From Pseudomonadota bacterium (GTDB lineage Bacteria > Campylobacterota > Campylobacteria > Campylobacterales > Sulfurimonadaceae): a stretch of DNA of 64,000 nt. Made by a program: the position numbers and the translations under genes. Each line of letters opens with the position of its first letter. Position 1 is the first letter of the stretch. Below are positions 48,289 to 59,725 of this stretch, piece by piece. The notes below the pieces were generated by a model, which saw only the letters and a program-made list of their open reading frames with translations, searched no databases and was not told the DNA's origin. The stretch spans positions 1 through 64,000 of the forward strand of contig JAZDQA010000006.1 of NCBI GenBank assembly GCA_043797085.1, written 5' to 3'.

Positions 48289-50081
48289 TTTAGTCTTCCT
48301 AAATGGGTTAAAAATTCTTTTGGCTCTTTAAAACCGACGATGCTGGCATCCTCTATTTGTTGACCTTTCTCATCAAAAAATAAAATAGCGGGTGGTCCGA
48401 AAATTCCGTATTTTTTAGTGATTGCTGTCGCTGCATCGTCGTTGGCGGTTACATCCACTTGTACCAATACATACTCATCCATCGCCGTTTTAACGGTTTC
48501 GTCACTAAAGGTTTTTTCTTCAAGCTCTTTGCAGGCGGTACACCAATCTGCATAAAAATCGACCATCACACGTTTGCCTTTATTTTCTGCCAAAATAGCA
48601 TCCAATTCTTCGATGGAGGTGATTTTTTCAAACGTTTTATGGGCATTTACCAAGACTGATTTTTCTTGTTTAACACTCAAAAAAGGATCAAGAGGATGTA
48701 AAATATTTTTTGCTCCTGCCATACCTCCTATCAATAAACTAATTCCATAGAGTAAGATCATAAATCCGAGTGCTTTGACATTAGCACGAGAACTCCATGA
48801 AGGGTGTTGCCCTAACGGTTCCAAAGCGTTCAAGTTAATCGCAACAAATACTGCTAATCCACCCCATAACAATAAGGTTGTGTTCTCATCCAAGACGCGA
48901 CCCATCATCCAAATGGCGATACCAAGAAGCATCACTCCAAAGATCGCTTTGATGACATCCATCCACATTCCCGGTTTTGGCATAAATTTACCTGAAGTCG
49001 TTCCGACAATGAGTAAGGGAACGCCCATACCGATACTCAGTGAAAAGAGCGCAATACCACCCAGCAATGCATCCCCAGTCTGACCAATATAAATCAACGC
49101 CCCAGCAAGCGGAGCAGCCACACACGGTCCCACAATCAGTGCCGATAAAAAGCCCATAATCGCAATACCGGCAACCCCACTTCTTTGACCTCCGAGCTTA
49201 GAGAGTCGCGATTGAATAAAATTAGGAATTTGAAGTTCATACACATCAAACATTGATAATGATAAAAGGACGAAAACCAGTGCAAATACGGTAATAATCC
49301 ACGGCGTTTGAAATGCAGCTTGTAGATTTGACCCAAACAAACCGGCTAAAACACCCGCTATCGTATACGCTACCGCCATCGATAAAACATATACCAATGA
49401 GAGTAAAAATGCTTTTTTAGCCCCCATTCCCTTGCCCTGAGCGAGAATGACCGAGGAGATGATAGGAATCATTGGGAAAACGCATGGAGTCAAAGAGAGA
49501 AGAAGACCAAAACCAAAGAAACTGATAATGATAAACCAAAGACTCCCGCCTTTAATAACACTCGCAATTTGATCGGTTTCTGATTCATTCTTAGGTTTTA
49601 CAGCCTCTTTTGCAGGCTTTGTCAAAGCTAATGCACTCAGATGTGCCGGATCTGCAACGCTTAGGTTGTCCGCATCCACCATGATTTCCAATACAGATTC
49701 TTGAGGTTCATAACACAATCCTGCCGAAGAACACCCTTGATAAGAGAGCTTAACGCGAATTTTTTGCTCACCGCTAAGCTCTTTAGCCTTACTTAGATCA
49801 ATATGAGTGATAGGATTAGTTTCATAAACCGTTTCCCCCTCATGATCAGCCGTTTTTGTTGCCGTCTCAATAATCGTAAAATTAATACCGTCATTTAAGT
49901 CAGCATCTTCAATTTTGAGTTTGTCTTTATACAGATAAATCTGATCACCCAACTCAATCTCAACCGCGATTGTATCGTCATCCACCGTTGTAATTTTAGG
50001 CTTAAATGCTTCATCAGGCTGGAGAAAACTCACTCCAAAGAGAGCCATAGAAAAAAATAGTAAAAACAAAAAACGCATCAT
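48285..50081 (-). CDS. dsbD: Thiol:disulfide interchange protein DsbD
   Basis: [43 protein letters not shown]. Confidence 0.96.
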   Translation of the reverse strand: MMRFLFLLFFSMALFGVSFLQPDEAFKPKITTVDDDTIAVEIELGDQIYLYKDKLKIEDADLNDGINFTIIETATKTADHEGETVYETNPITHIDLSKAKELSGEQKIRVKLSYQGCSSAGLCYEPQESVLEIMVDADNLSVADPAHLSALALTKPAKEAVKPKNESETDQIASVIKGGSLWFIIISFFGFGLLLSLTPCVFPMIPIISSVILAQGKGMGAKKAFLLSLVYVLSMAVAYTIAGVLAGLFGSNLQAAFQTPWIITVFALVFVLLSLSMFDVYELQIPNFIQSRLSKLGGQRSGVAGIAIMGFLSALIVGPCVAAPLAGALIYIGQTGDALLGGIALFSLSIGMGVPLLIVGTTSGKFMPKPGMWMDVIKAIFGVMLLGIAIWMMGRVLDENTTLLLWGGLAVFVAINLNALEPLGQHPSWSSRANVKALGFMILLYGISLLIGGMAGAKNILHPLDPFLSVKQEKSVLVNAHKTFEKITSIEELDAILAENKGKRVMVDFYADWCTACKELEEKTFSDETVKTAMDEYVLVQVDVTANDDAATAITKKYGIFGPPAILFFDEKGQQIEDASIVGFKEPKEFLTHLGRLK

Positions 50082-50221
50082 ATCCCTTTGTATCTAATGA
50101 TAATTGCTTATTTTACCCTATAAAAGACAAGATTCCTATTTTAGAAACATTGTTAATATTATTCAGTTTTTCTATAGTCATAAATGCTACACTACTTCAT
50201 ATATTTACATGGAGTCACACT

Positions 50222-52138
50222 ATGTCCAACCGTCTCGCACTCGAAGATTCTCCCTATCTCCAACAACACAAAAACAATCCATTTAATTGGTATTCTTGGT
50301 GCGATGAAGCATTTGAGAAGGCGAAGCAAGAAAATAAATCAATCTTTATCTCAATAGGTTACAGCAGCTGCCATTGGTGTCATGTTATGGAACATGATGT
50401 ATTTGAAAACGAAGAAATCGCAGCATTTGTCAATCAGCATTTTGTCTGTATCAAAGTGGATCGTGAAGAGCGTCCTGACATCGACAAACATTTCCAAGAA
50501 CTTCATCTTCTTCTCAATCGTCGAGCAGGTGGGTGGCCGCTTTCCATCTTTTGTACTCCACAGAACAAACCCTTTTATGCCGCCACTTACATTCCGCCCC
50601 ATAATCGCGATAAAATGATGGGATTTAGCGAACTTACGGCTATCATTTCCGAAAAAGTTGCCGCAAACGACGAAAAACTTTTCAAAAATGCCGATGAAAT
50701 CACCAGTTTTATGAAACCCAAAGAGACACCGACTCAAGCAACCGTGTTGGATGAAAAAATCATGATCCAATTTGCAAAACAAGCGGAACATAATTTCGAC
50801 ACAATCAACGGCGGATTTTCCAAAGCTCCGAAGTTTCCTCATAGTTCTACGTTAAAAACCCTTATGCGTCTTGAAAAGCTTGAATCCGAGCCATCACGTC
50901 GTACTATCATTACCCATACACTGGATTCGATGGCACGAGGAGGAATGTATGACCTCATCGATGGAGGATTTTGCCGTTACAGTACACAAGAGTCGTGGCT
51001 GATTCCCCATTTTGAAAAGATGACGTATGATAATGCTCTGCTGTGTGAAATATATGCTCTAGCTTCCGTTCAATTCAATAATCCACTCTATTTGCAATGC
51101 GCCACGGAAACTGCCGATTTTATGATGAAGTTTATGATGGAAGATCATCTCTTTTACAGTGCGAGCGATGCGGATACCGAGGGTGAGGAAGGGAAATATT
51201 TTGTTTACTCGTATGATGAAATCACACAAGCCCTTCAAAATGCACATGTTACCAATCTCGATGAAGCCATGGAAATACTTCAAATCACCCCTGATGGAAA
51301 TTTCGAAGGTCAATGCATAATCACCCTCTCCTCATTAGAGCGTCCGCAATGGTTTGAGGATTTTGTCCTAGAGTGTCAAAAAATACGTTCCACTCGAACC
51401 TACCCCTTTATTGATCGTAAAATCAATGTCGCATGGAATGCCATGATGATTAAATCTCTCCTAATACTGGGGAAACAGATTCCATCGTATCAAGACCATG
51501 CAATTAGCTCGCTGGATGCACTCCTCTCGACCATGTTCATTGACGACGTTCTTTATCACACAACCCTCATACATAAACAACCGAAAATCGAAGCTTTTTT
51601 AGAAGATTATGCCTATCTCGCCGATGCATTAATCCAAGCCTATCAAAGCACTTTTGATGAAGTTTATCTCATACGTGCGCAACAACTCACCAACAAAGCC
51701 TTAGAGCTTTTTTACCAAAACGGTGCATGGTATTTTAGTCGAGGCGATTTCCCGACTATCTCTGAACTCGATGATGGTTCCTACCCTAGTGCAATGGCGA
51801 TTATGATGGATGTATTACTTTGCTTAGGAAGTCTCATTAATGGAAAGTATCGCCATTTTGCCTTCAAAAGCCTCGAATACGCCTCAATCAAACTCATGAA
51901 AACCCCGATTTATTATCCCAAACTTACCGAACAAACCATTCGATATCTAAAAGGTGATCGTATTGTCAAAGCGTCTAAAGCATTACTGACACAATTAGAT
52001 GAATTAAATTACCCATTCGTATTGCTCAAAAATGATGAAAATGCGGAAGGATTTTTGATCTGTGGCGAGAACAGCTGCTTTGCCTCTACTCCTGATGCTA
52101 AAACAGTAGAAGAATTAATCCATTCAACGTTACAATAA
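50222..52138 (+). CDS. Thioredoxin-domain YyaL/SSP411 (DUF255) family protein
   Basis: [54 protein letters not shown]. Confidence 0.93.
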   Translation: MSNRLALEDSPYLQQHKNNPFNWYSWCDEAFEKAKQENKSIFISIGYSSCHWCHVMEHDVFENEEIAAFVNQHFVCIKVDREERPDIDKHFQELHLLLNRRAGGWPLSIFCTPQNKPFYAATYIPPHNRDKMMGFSELTAIISEKVAANDEKLFKNADEITSFMKPKETPTQATVLDEKIMIQFAKQAEHNFDTINGGFSKAPKFPHSSTLKTLMRLEKLESEPSRRTIITHTLDSMARGGMYDLIDGGFCRYSTQESWLIPHFEKMTYDNALLCEIYALASVQFNNPLYLQCATETADFMMKFMMEDHLFYSASDADTEGEEGKYFVYSYDEITQALQNAHVTNLDEAMEILQITPDGNFEGQCIITLSSLERPQWFEDFVLECQKIRSTRTYPFIDRKINVAWNAMMIKSLLILGKQIPSYQDHAISSLDALLSTMFIDDVLYHTTLIHKQPKIEAFLEDYAYLADALIQAYQSTFDEVYLIRAQQLTNKALELFYQNGAWYFSRGDFPTISELDDGSYPSAMAIMMDVLLCLGSLINGKYRHFAFKSLEYASIKLMKTPIYYPKLTEQTIRYLKGDRIVKASKALLTQLDELNYPFVLLKNDENAEGFLICGENSCFASTPDAKTVEELIHSTLQ

Positions 52139-52147
52139 AAAAAACAG

Positions 52148-53107
52148 GTGATCAGAATGCATTCAAAAGGGTCAATGGTAAGAGATGAGGTTGCTGAAGC
52201 ATCTGATATAGCTGAGGTTGTTCACGGCGACCGAAAACTAGATATTAAAAAACAGAAAAAAGAACAAGAAAAGCACAGTTCTAAAGAAGAGCGTCTTCCA
52301 ATTTGGGTGAAAGCCAGTGTAATAGAATACGAAGATGAACTCAAAAAACTTCAAATCGAACTTTTAAAACTTCAAAACCATATCAAAGATAAAGGGCTCA
52401 AAGTTCTCATGATTTTCGAGGGGCGTGATGCTGCCGGTAAAGGTGGAACGATTAAGCGCATTACCGAGCATCTTAACCCACGTGGTGCTCGTGTCGTTGC
52501 ACTGGATAAACCCTCGGATGTTGAAAAAACTCAATGGTATTTTCAACGCTATGTGCAACATCTACCAAGCGCAGGAGAGATGGTCTTTTTCGACCGAAGC
52601 TGGTACAACCGTGCCGGTGTTGAACCTGTCATGGGCTTTTGCAGTGAAGAAGAACACAAAGAATTTTTACATGAAGTAGGTGAGTATGAGAGAATGCTCG
52701 TAAACTCAGGGATTATTCTTTTCAAATTTTATTTTTCCGTCTCCAAAAATGAACAAGCTAAACGCTTTAAACAGCGTAAAACAGATCCTTTAAAACAATT
52801 TAAACTCTCTCCCGTCGATGCCAAATCTCAAGATCTGTGGGACAAATATACCATTGCTAAATATTCCATGCTTTTAGCCTCTCATACCTTCCATGCGCCA
52901 TGGGTCATTATCCGTTCTGATAACAAGAAAAAAGCACGCATTAACTGTTTTAGACATATCCTCTCACGCAGTAACTATCCGAGTAAAATCAAATCCTCTC
53001 GTCTCAAAATATCGGAAAAGATTTTACTCGATGGAGATCAAGAGATAAAATTAATGGAATCGAGTATGTCCCTGAAGAAAAATGATGAGTTTAATGAAAA
53101 AGGGTAA
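52148..53107 (+). CDS. ppk2: Polyphosphate kinase 2
   Basis: FEGRDAAGKGG, QWYFQRY, FDRSWYNRAGVEPVMGF, KLSPVD; exact start uncertain. Confidence 0.95.
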   Translation: MIRMHSKGSMVRDEVAEASDIAEVVHGDRKLDIKKQKKEQEKHSSKEERLPIWVKASVIEYEDELKKLQIELLKLQNHIKDKGLKVLMIFEGRDAAGKGGTIKRITEHLNPRGARVVALDKPSDVEKTQWYFQRYVQHLPSAGEMVFFDRSWYNRAGVEPVMGFCSEEEHKEFLHEVGEYERMLVNSGIILFKFYFSVSKNEQAKRFKQRKTDPLKQFKLSPVDAKSQDLWDKYTIAKYSMLLASHTFHAPWVIIRSDNKKKARINCFRHILSRSNYPSKIKSSRLKISEKILLDGDQEIKLMESSMSLKKNDEFNEKG

Positions 53108-53109
53108 TT

Positions 53110-55320
53110 GTGCTTCGATCTGCCACCCTAAAATCTAACAATATTCTAAACGATTTTTTGGGTGGTACGGCCGCAATGCTTGTTGCCCTTCCCTCTGCTA
53201 TCGCATTTGGTGTGACCATTTATGCTGCCATTGGCGGTCATTATAGCGCGTATGGAGCTATTGCCGGGATAATAGGTGTTGCATCGATCGGTATTATCGC
53301 TGCACTTCTGGGAGGGACAAATCGACTAATTTCAGCTCCGAGCGCACCTGCTGCTGCCGTTTTATCAGCGTTTGCACTTACCTATATTGCTCAAGATTTT
53401 GGTCCGGATGCTGTATTTGTGATGTTGATGATTGTAGCATTGCTCGCAGGAATTTTTCAAATCTTTTTTGGATTGATTGGTCTTGGAAAACTGATTAAAT
53501 ACATGCCTTTTCCTGTCGTCAGCGGTTATCTCAGCGGCGTCGGTCTTTACATTATTGCCTCTCAAACTCCAAAGTTTTTAGGACTTCCATCAGGATCTCG
53601 CTTTTTTGAAGCCCTTCAATTTCCAACTACATGGCAATGGCAAAGCATAACAGTAGGTCTCGTTACAATCCTTACTATGCTTTACGCGGATAAATTATTT
53701 CGTACTATCCCCTCTGTCATCATTGCCCTGATTGCAGGAATTGCCACCTATGGCGCGATTGGTTTGATCGACCCTACTCTTTTTCTTCCCAACAATCCGT
53801 TGGTGATAGGAGAACTAGGCGGGAGTGAGAGGATTAATTTTCTTCAAATATTTATCGGACGTTTTGAAGTACTTCAAAATTTTTCACTCAACGATTTGAC
53901 TTTGCTCTTTTTTCCGGCATTGACCCTTGCGGCACTCCTCTCTATCGATACCCTTAAAACGTGTGTTATTATGGATTCTATGACTCACTCCTTTCATGAT
54001 TCTGACCGTGAACTTATTGCCCAAGGTTCAGGAAATATCACCTCATCCCTGATAGGCGGTATGCCCGGATCCGGTACTATGGGTGCGACCATGGTCAATC
54101 TCTCCAGCGGTGCAAGCTCAAACCTGTCAGGTCTTTTTGAGGGAGTAATGTCTATCGTTGCTTTTGTGATTTTAGGAAGCTTTATAGGATGGATTCCCAT
54201 TGCAGCATTGGCGGGTATTTTGATGGTTATTGGGCTGAGAATGATCGACAAACACAGTCTAAAACTTCTGCGATCACGTAAAACAATCCTTGATTTTTTT
54301 ATCATTGCAGCGGTTTCCCTTACTGCCCTTTCCATAAGCCTTATTGCGGCGGCAGGAGTAGGATTAATCTTGGCTATTATCTTATACATTACGCAACAAA
54401 TCGGGGCATCTGTCGTGTATCGTCAGCTCGATGGCAAAGAGATTAAAAGTAAAATAGTACGTAATCGAGAGCAAGAAGCCGTATTAAATGAAAAAGGTGA
54501 AGAATTTTCAGTGTATGAATTGCACGGAAGTCTCTTTTTTGGGACAGCAAATCAGCTTTACACAATGCTTCGTGAGGATTTACAACACAAAAAATACATT
54601 ATTTTAGATATGAAACGGGTGCAAACCGTTGACTTAACCGCAGCCCATATTCTACTTCAAATCAAAGATATCCTTCATGATAGAAATGGCTACCTGCTCT
54701 TATCCCGCTTACCGCATAAACTTCCAACGGGTGATGATTTAGAGAGTTATTTTAACCATGTCGGTCTACTAAAACATCTCAGTCCGATAATGCTTTTTGA
54801 TGATTTGGATGATGCCGTTGAGTGGGTGGAAGACACGATAATTCATGAAAATCTTATCGAAGAAGACAATGAGACCCTGCTAGAATTGGAGAGCTTTGAT
54901 CTCTTTGCAGGGAGAAACAGTGACACTCTCGAAGAAATAGAGGGTCTTCTTGAATGCAGGTCTTATAAAAAGGGAGATCTAATTTATTCGGAAGGGGAGT
55001 CGATGGGTGAAATTTTTCTTATTCGTCGTGGTTTAGTACGGATTATGCTCCCTTATCTTGGTCGGAAAAGTGTTCATCTAAGTACAGTGGGACAAGGGAA
55101 TTTTTTTGGAGAATTTTCATTTTTGGAAGGAAGTCCCCACTATACCGATTCAGTTGCAGGTTCTGATACCGATCTTTATGTCATCACACGTGAAGCATTT
55201 GATCGCTTTGCCCAACATCACAAAAAAGCCTCGTTACATTTTATGCAAAGTCTCGCAACCGTGTTAGCCGAAAGACTTCGCCTAACACGTTCTGCATTAG
55301 GTGATGAAGTCGATGTTTAA
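53110..55320 (+). CDS. SulP/SLC26 anion transporter with STAS and cNMP-binding domains
   Basis: VALPSAIAFG, DRELIAQG, GSLFFGTA STAS, C-terminal GNFFGE cNMP fold. Confidence 0.92.
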   Translation: MLRSATLKSNNILNDFLGGTAAMLVALPSAIAFGVTIYAAIGGHYSAYGAIAGIIGVASIGIIAALLGGTNRLISAPSAPAAAVLSAFALTYIAQDFGPDAVFVMLMIVALLAGIFQIFFGLIGLGKLIKYMPFPVVSGYLSGVGLYIIASQTPKFLGLPSGSRFFEALQFPTTWQWQSITVGLVTILTMLYADKLFRTIPSVIIALIAGIATYGAIGLIDPTLFLPNNPLVIGELGGSERINFLQIFIGRFEVLQNFSLNDLTLLFFPALTLAALLSIDTLKTCVIMDSMTHSFHDSDRELIAQGSGNITSSLIGGMPGSGTMGATMVNLSSGASSNLSGLFEGVMSIVAFVILGSFIGWIPIAALAGILMVIGLRMIDKHSLKLLRSRKTILDFFIIAAVSLTALSISLIAAAGVGLILAIILYITQQIGASVVYRQLDGKEIKSKIVRNREQEAVLNEKGEEFSVYELHGSLFFGTANQLYTMLREDLQHKKYIILDMKRVQTVDLTAAHILLQIKDILHDRNGYLLLSRLPHKLPTGDDLESYFNHVGLLKHLSPIMLFDDLDDAVEWVEDTIIHENLIEEDNETLLELESFDLFAGRNSDTLEEIEGLLECRSYKKGDLIYSEGESMGEIFLIRRGLVRIMLPYLGRKSVHLSTVGQGNFFGEFSFLEGSPHYTDSVAGSDTDLYVITREAFDRFAQHHKKASLHFMQSLATVLAERLRLTRSALGDEVDV

Positions 55321-55323
55321 ATA

Positions 55324-56793
55324 TTAGAGAAACTTTAAAATCTCAGTTTCAATATTCTCTTTATCAATGACCGTTGCTTGGGTAATGGGTTTAGAAAAAA
55401 GTTCTTTAATCATCTCAGGAATAGCTAAATTTGCCGTTATGGAGATAGATTGAAGAGCATCGATGTCATTAGCATCTTTCTCACCGGTAAGGGCATTCGC
55501 AATCGTCGGAGAAAACTTCGTCCACTCAGCAGTTGAATAAACAATGGTTTTAAGTGGCATTGTTGCACAGCAGTCATACGCTTTAAAACACGTAGCCGTA
55601 TGAGGATCCATCAAGTAACCACTGTCAAATGCCTCTTTAATGTACCCTTTTCCCTCAGAACCATTACAATAATCCGCTGAAAATATCCCTTGGATCTTCA
55701 TCGTTTCATCATCACTAAGGGCATAAAAACGATCATTTTCCAATTTTTGCATCAACTCTTTGGTTCGTACCGCTCCAAAAAAGTCAAATAAAATTCGTTC
55801 AACATTGCTGGAGACCAAAATATCCATTGCAGGAGATGTTGTCGGAATCACTTTATCATTGCGCAGATCATAGTGTCCGGTATTGATGAGTCGCGTGAGA
55901 ACATTGTTTTCATTGGAAGCAATTATGATTTTTTCAACGGGTAATCCGAGCTTTGTTGCATAATAACCACCCAATGCATTACCAAAATTTCCGCTTGGAA
56001 CATCCAAATAAACTTTTTCACCCATCATGATGGCATTTTGACGTACAAGTTCAAGATAACTGTGAATATGGTAAATAATTTGGAAAATAATACGTCCAAA
56101 GTTGACTGAATTGGCAGCCGAGAGAGAGATATTTTTAGTTTTCAGCGTTGCTTTGAACGTTGCCGATCCCAAAAGTTTTTTCAAAGCACTTTGAGCATCG
56201 TCAAAATCTCCGTGAATTCCGATAACTTTGAGATTCGCTGCATCTTCCGTGACCATCTGAAGACGCTGAACGTCCGAGGTCCCACCATCAGGATAGAGAC
56301 ATACCACACGAACATTTGGGCGATTTTTAAAGGTATCAAGAGCAGCCGGGCCCGTATCACCGCTTGTAGCAGCAAGGATAAGATACTCTTCACCACGTTT
56401 TTGCGCAATAGAGGATAACACTACACCAAAGGGTTGCAATGCCATATCTTTGAACGCACGAGTAGGTCCATGATAAAGCTCACTCACATACAAATCATCA
56501 CGCACTTTTACGACAGGAACAGGATTAGAAGGATCATCAAACTTGTCATACAACGATAAAGCTTCATCAATAACCGACGGTTCAATATCAATGCCAAGGG
56601 TAGTAAGGAGGTCTTTTGCAAGAACTTTGTACGACGAGTTTAGATGCTTGGTTAAAAATTCTTCTCCGAGAACGGGAAGTTCTTTAGGAACATACAAACC
56701 GCCAAAAGATGCAATGGGACTTAGAATCGCCTCTGAAAAAGTGACTTCGCTGGGATGGACTCCATCATTTCCGCGTGTTTCAATAAATTTCAT
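55324..56793 (-). CDS. thrC: Threonine synthase
   Basis: MKFIETRG, ELYHGPTRAFKDMAL, ATSGDTG, ANSVNFGRI, VPSGNFGN, DPHTA. Confidence 0.96.
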   Translation of the reverse strand: MKFIETRGNDGVHPSEVTFSEAILSPIASFGGLYVPKELPVLGEEFLTKHLNSSYKVLAKDLLTTLGIDIEPSVIDEALSLYDKFDDPSNPVPVVKVRDDLYVSELYHGPTRAFKDMALQPFGVVLSSIAQKRGEEYLILAATSGDTGPAALDTFKNRPNVRVVCLYPDGGTSDVQRLQMVTEDAANLKVIGIHGDFDDAQSALKKLLGSATFKATLKTKNISLSAANSVNFGRIIFQIIYHIHSYLELVRQNAIMMGEKVYLDVPSGNFGNALGGYYATKLGLPVEKIIIASNENNVLTRLINTGHYDLRNDKVIPTTSPAMDILVSSNVERILFDFFGAVRTKELMQKLENDRFYALSDDETMKIQGIFSADYCNGSEGKGYIKEAFDSGYLMDPHTATCFKAYDCCATMPLKTIVYSTAEWTKFSPTIANALTGEKDANDIDALQSISITANLAIPEMIKELFSKPITQATVIDKENIETEILKFL

Positions 56794-56853
56794 CGTTAAA
56801 TGCCCCAATTTAAAAAGTTTTCGAATTATAACTAAGCCTCTCTCAGGGTTGGC

Positions 56854-57705
56854 TTAGAGGGTGATTTGTGTCCCCACACCCTCAGAGGTAAAGAGTTCGA
56901 GCAAAATCGCGTGTTCAATGCGTCCATCAATAATATGGGCTTTTTGTACCCCTCCATCAACTGCTTCGAGACATGAATCCACTTTTGGAACCATACCGCC
57001 ATGAATGGTTCCATCAAGCTTAAGTGCTTCAACCTCAGCTTCGGTAAGGGTCGAAAAAAGTTCTTTTTCATTGTTCAAAACACCCGAGGTATCGGTCATA
57101 AAAATAACTTTGCACGCACCGATGGCACTCGCGATTGCCGAAGCTGCGAGGTCGGCATTGATGTTATATCCCGGATGTCCGATAGCTTCATCCGCTCCTA
57201 TTGGGGCGATTACGGGGACAAATCCTTCACGTAAGAGATTATGGATGACATCCGCTTTGACACTCTCTACTCGTCCAGTAAGACCGAATTTCACCGCATC
57301 TTTGGGTTTAGCCATCAAGAAATGGGCATCTTTACCGCTGATTCCGATTGCTTTTGCACCGTGGGAATTGAGCAGTGAGGTAATCTCTTTGTTAATCTCA
57401 CCGCTGAGAACCATCTCGACAATTCGCATTACTTCAGGGGTACTCACCCGCTCACCGTCGATAAATTCCGTCGGTATTTTCAAATCACTCAACAGTTGAG
57501 AGATACGACTGCCTCCGCCATGAACGATGACCACTTTTACCCCAACCAAATGAAGCAGTACAATATCCTGAGCGAATTTAGCTTTGAGTTCATCGGAACT
57601 TTGGGCGGAACCGCCGTACTTTATGACGACAATCTCATCACGGAACTCTTTGATAAACGGCATAGCGTCCATGAGGGTTTTAACGGTTTCAATTTTTTGT
57701 AGCAT
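56854..57705 (-). CDS. argB: Acetylglutamate kinase
   Basis: VIKYGGSA, VHGGG, YNINAD, GGMVPKV; ATG 57705 fits AAGGA spacing. Confidence 0.96.
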   Translation of the reverse strand: MLQKIETVKTLMDAMPFIKEFRDEIVVIKYGGSAQSSDELKAKFAQDIVLLHLVGVKVVIVHGGGSRISQLLSDLKIPTEFIDGERVSTPEVMRIVEMVLSGEINKEITSLLNSHGAKAIGISGKDAHFLMAKPKDAVKFGLTGRVESVKADVIHNLLREGFVPVIAPIGADEAIGHPGYNINADLAASAIASAIGACKVIFMTDTSGVLNNEKELFSTLTEAEVEALKLDGTIHGGMVPKVDSCLEAVDGGVQKAHIIDGRIEHAILLELFTSEGVGTQITL

Positions 57706-58600
57706 GTACATAATCCTTTACGGTAGTAATCAAACTCTCATCAAGTTCTATTGAAAGCTCTAAAACAGAGAGGTTGAGATTATAAGATGATATTTTAACA
57801 AAGTCTTTTGAAGTTACCAAGAGACTTGTCGCTCCGGTACGTTTAACGATTGCTTCAAGTTCCCATTGAGCAAAAAAATGATGATCCTCAAAATAGACTT
57901 TTTCCACTACCTCCGGCAAATACTCATCCAGTCGTTCGGGCCGTGCTATTGCTGTTACCAACACCATCTTAGAGGTTGGATCTTTAATATTAACGTGACG
58001 CTTAAAGGTTTTTTCCTCTCGCACCATGATCACCGATTTACTGCTCCATAGTTTTTCACGATAAGGTCCGCTGGGGAGACAAAAATTATTAGGAGTTTTT
58101 ACATCTATAAGGATATCCAGTTTTTCAATGCCATGCTTTCCGTATCCATCATCCAAGAATACCATCTCGCATCCCATTGCCAAAGCTTCAGAAATACCAT
58201 GCTCACGACTTTCACACACAATGACCACTGCATGAGAAAGGCTTTGCGCATACAGCATCGCCTCATCACCGCTTTTATGGAAATCACATAAAATATCGCG
58301 ATCTTTGACCACAATCATCCCTTTGCTCTTTCTCCCATATCCGCGTAAAATAATAGCTGGTTTAGAAAAATGCTTAGCAAGCTCGATAACTAAAGGAGTT
58401 TTTCCGCTTCCACCCACCGTTAGATTACCAATGCTAACCACACGAATTCCCAAATTCACAGGAGTGCTTCGTGAATAACGGATATATGCAATCAAACAAT
58501 AAAGCCAACTCAATGGCAGAAGTAAAAGGGAGAGTATTTTTTGGAATAATGTGGGGTGATAAAGATAGCGCTCACCCCATAAAACAGCTAAACGCTTCAA
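57689..58600 (-). CDS. lpxK: Tetraacyldisaccharide 4'-kinase
   Basis: SIGNLTVGGSGKTP, LRGYGR, GDEA, LDDG, LPSGPYRE. Confidence 0.95.
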   Translation of the reverse strand: MKRLAVLWGERYLYHPTLFQKILSLLLLPLSWLYCLIAYIRYSRSTPVNLGIRVVSIGNLTVGGSGKTPLVIELAKHFSKPAIILRGYGRKSKGMIVVKDRDILCDFHKSGDEAMLYAQSLSHAVVIVCESREHGISEALAMGCEMVFLDDGYGKHGIEKLDILIDVKTPNNFCLPSGPYREKLWSSKSVIMVREEKTFKRHVNIKDPTSKMVLVTAIARPERLDEYLPEVVEKVYFEDHHFFAQWELEAIVKRTGATSLLVTSKDFVKISSYNLNLSVLELSIELDESLITTVKDYVHATKN

Positions 58601-59715
58601 ACGCGTGTCGCGGCCACATCTAATATGGCATCACAAATCTCTTCAACTTCAGCATCGCTTAACGCAGCATAGTTAGGAATAGAGAGGACTTGACTGTAAT
58701 TACGTAACGCAACCGGAAAATCGTTAATACGCAGTGAATATTTTGTTTTGTAGTAACTCAATAAATGCAATGGAATGTAATGCAATCCGGTCTCAATTCC
58801 GCGTTCTTTAAGTTCACGTGCAAACGAGTCGCGATTTTTATCGATTTTCACAATGTAAAGCGAAAAACTGTGATCTTGTTCAACAACCGGCAATGTAATA
58901 TGAGGAGCATCTGCTAGACGTTCATTGAAAATTGCTGCAATCTCTTGTTGACGCTCAATAATCTCATCTTGTTTTTCAAGCTGGATCAAAATAACCGCCG
59001 CATCGAGAGGACTGATCGTGTACTGGCTTCCGATATCGGTCACATCATAGACATAACCCAACGAATCATCGTCAATTTCAAGCGCATGATGACGCAATGA
59101 TTTGGCTCTCTCGATAATATCTTCATCATTGCTTACCATCATTCCGCCATTGCAGACATTGCGACGCAAATGGGGACTAAAATCAAAACAGGTAATATCC
59201 GCACCCGTTGAACCGATTTTTTTACCTTTATAGGTAGCACCCAACGCATCAGCTGCATCTTCGATAATCTTCACATCATACGTCTTTGCAATAGTATACA
59301 AACGATCCAGATCAATACTCTGTCCCGCTATGTGCGATACGATGACTGCTTTAAGCTTTTTGGATTTATGCTCGTGTAAATAAGCCTCAAGTTTATCCAA
59401 GTCAATCGTAAAAAGTTCCGGATTAATGTCAATAAAAGTAGGCTCTGCATCAAAATGACGTACCACTTCAGGGACAGAAGGATAGGCATTAATCGAACAT
59501 AATACCTTATCACCGCGCTTCAAATCAATCGCCAACATCGCCAAATGAAGCGCGGACGTACCATGAGAGGTTGAAAGGGCATACGTTGCACCGATATACG
59601 ATTCAAAAGCAGACTCTAAATCTTCAATAATATTCGGGGCTTCACCGTCAAATACTTCATCTATCTTTTCACGTTCGTCTCCGCCTACTTCTACTCTAAA
59701 AAATGGAATACTCAT
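58597..59715 (-). CDS. DegT/DnrJ/EryC1/StrS-family aminotransferase homologue lacking the PLP lysine
   Basis: GTSALHLA, IIEDAA, HYIPLH present; FSFxxxK region reads FDFSPHLRRNVCNGGM. Confidence 0.85.
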   Translation of the reverse strand: MSIPFFRVEVGGDEREKIDEVFDGEAPNIIEDLESAFESYIGATYALSTSHGTSALHLAMLAIDLKRGDKVLCSINAYPSVPEVVRHFDAEPTFIDINPELFTIDLDKLEAYLHEHKSKKLKAVIVSHIAGQSIDLDRLYTIAKTYDVKIIEDAADALGATYKGKKIGSTGADITCFDFSPHLRRNVCNGGMMVSNDEDIIERAKSLRHHALEIDDDSLGYVYDVTDIGSQYTISPLDAAVILIQLEKQDEIIERQQEIAAIFNERLADAPHITLPVVEQDHSFSLYIVKIDKNRDSFARELKERGIETGLHYIPLHLLSYYKTKYSLRINDFPVALRNYSQVLSIPNYAALSDAEVEEICDAILDVAATRV

Positions 59716-59725
59716 TGTATGCTCC

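Noticed and set aside
56832..56857. CTAAGCC/GGCTTAG hairpin between argB and thrC as an attenuator
   Set aside because: No leader peptide or U-tract; it overlaps the argB stop and is probably a simple 3' stem.
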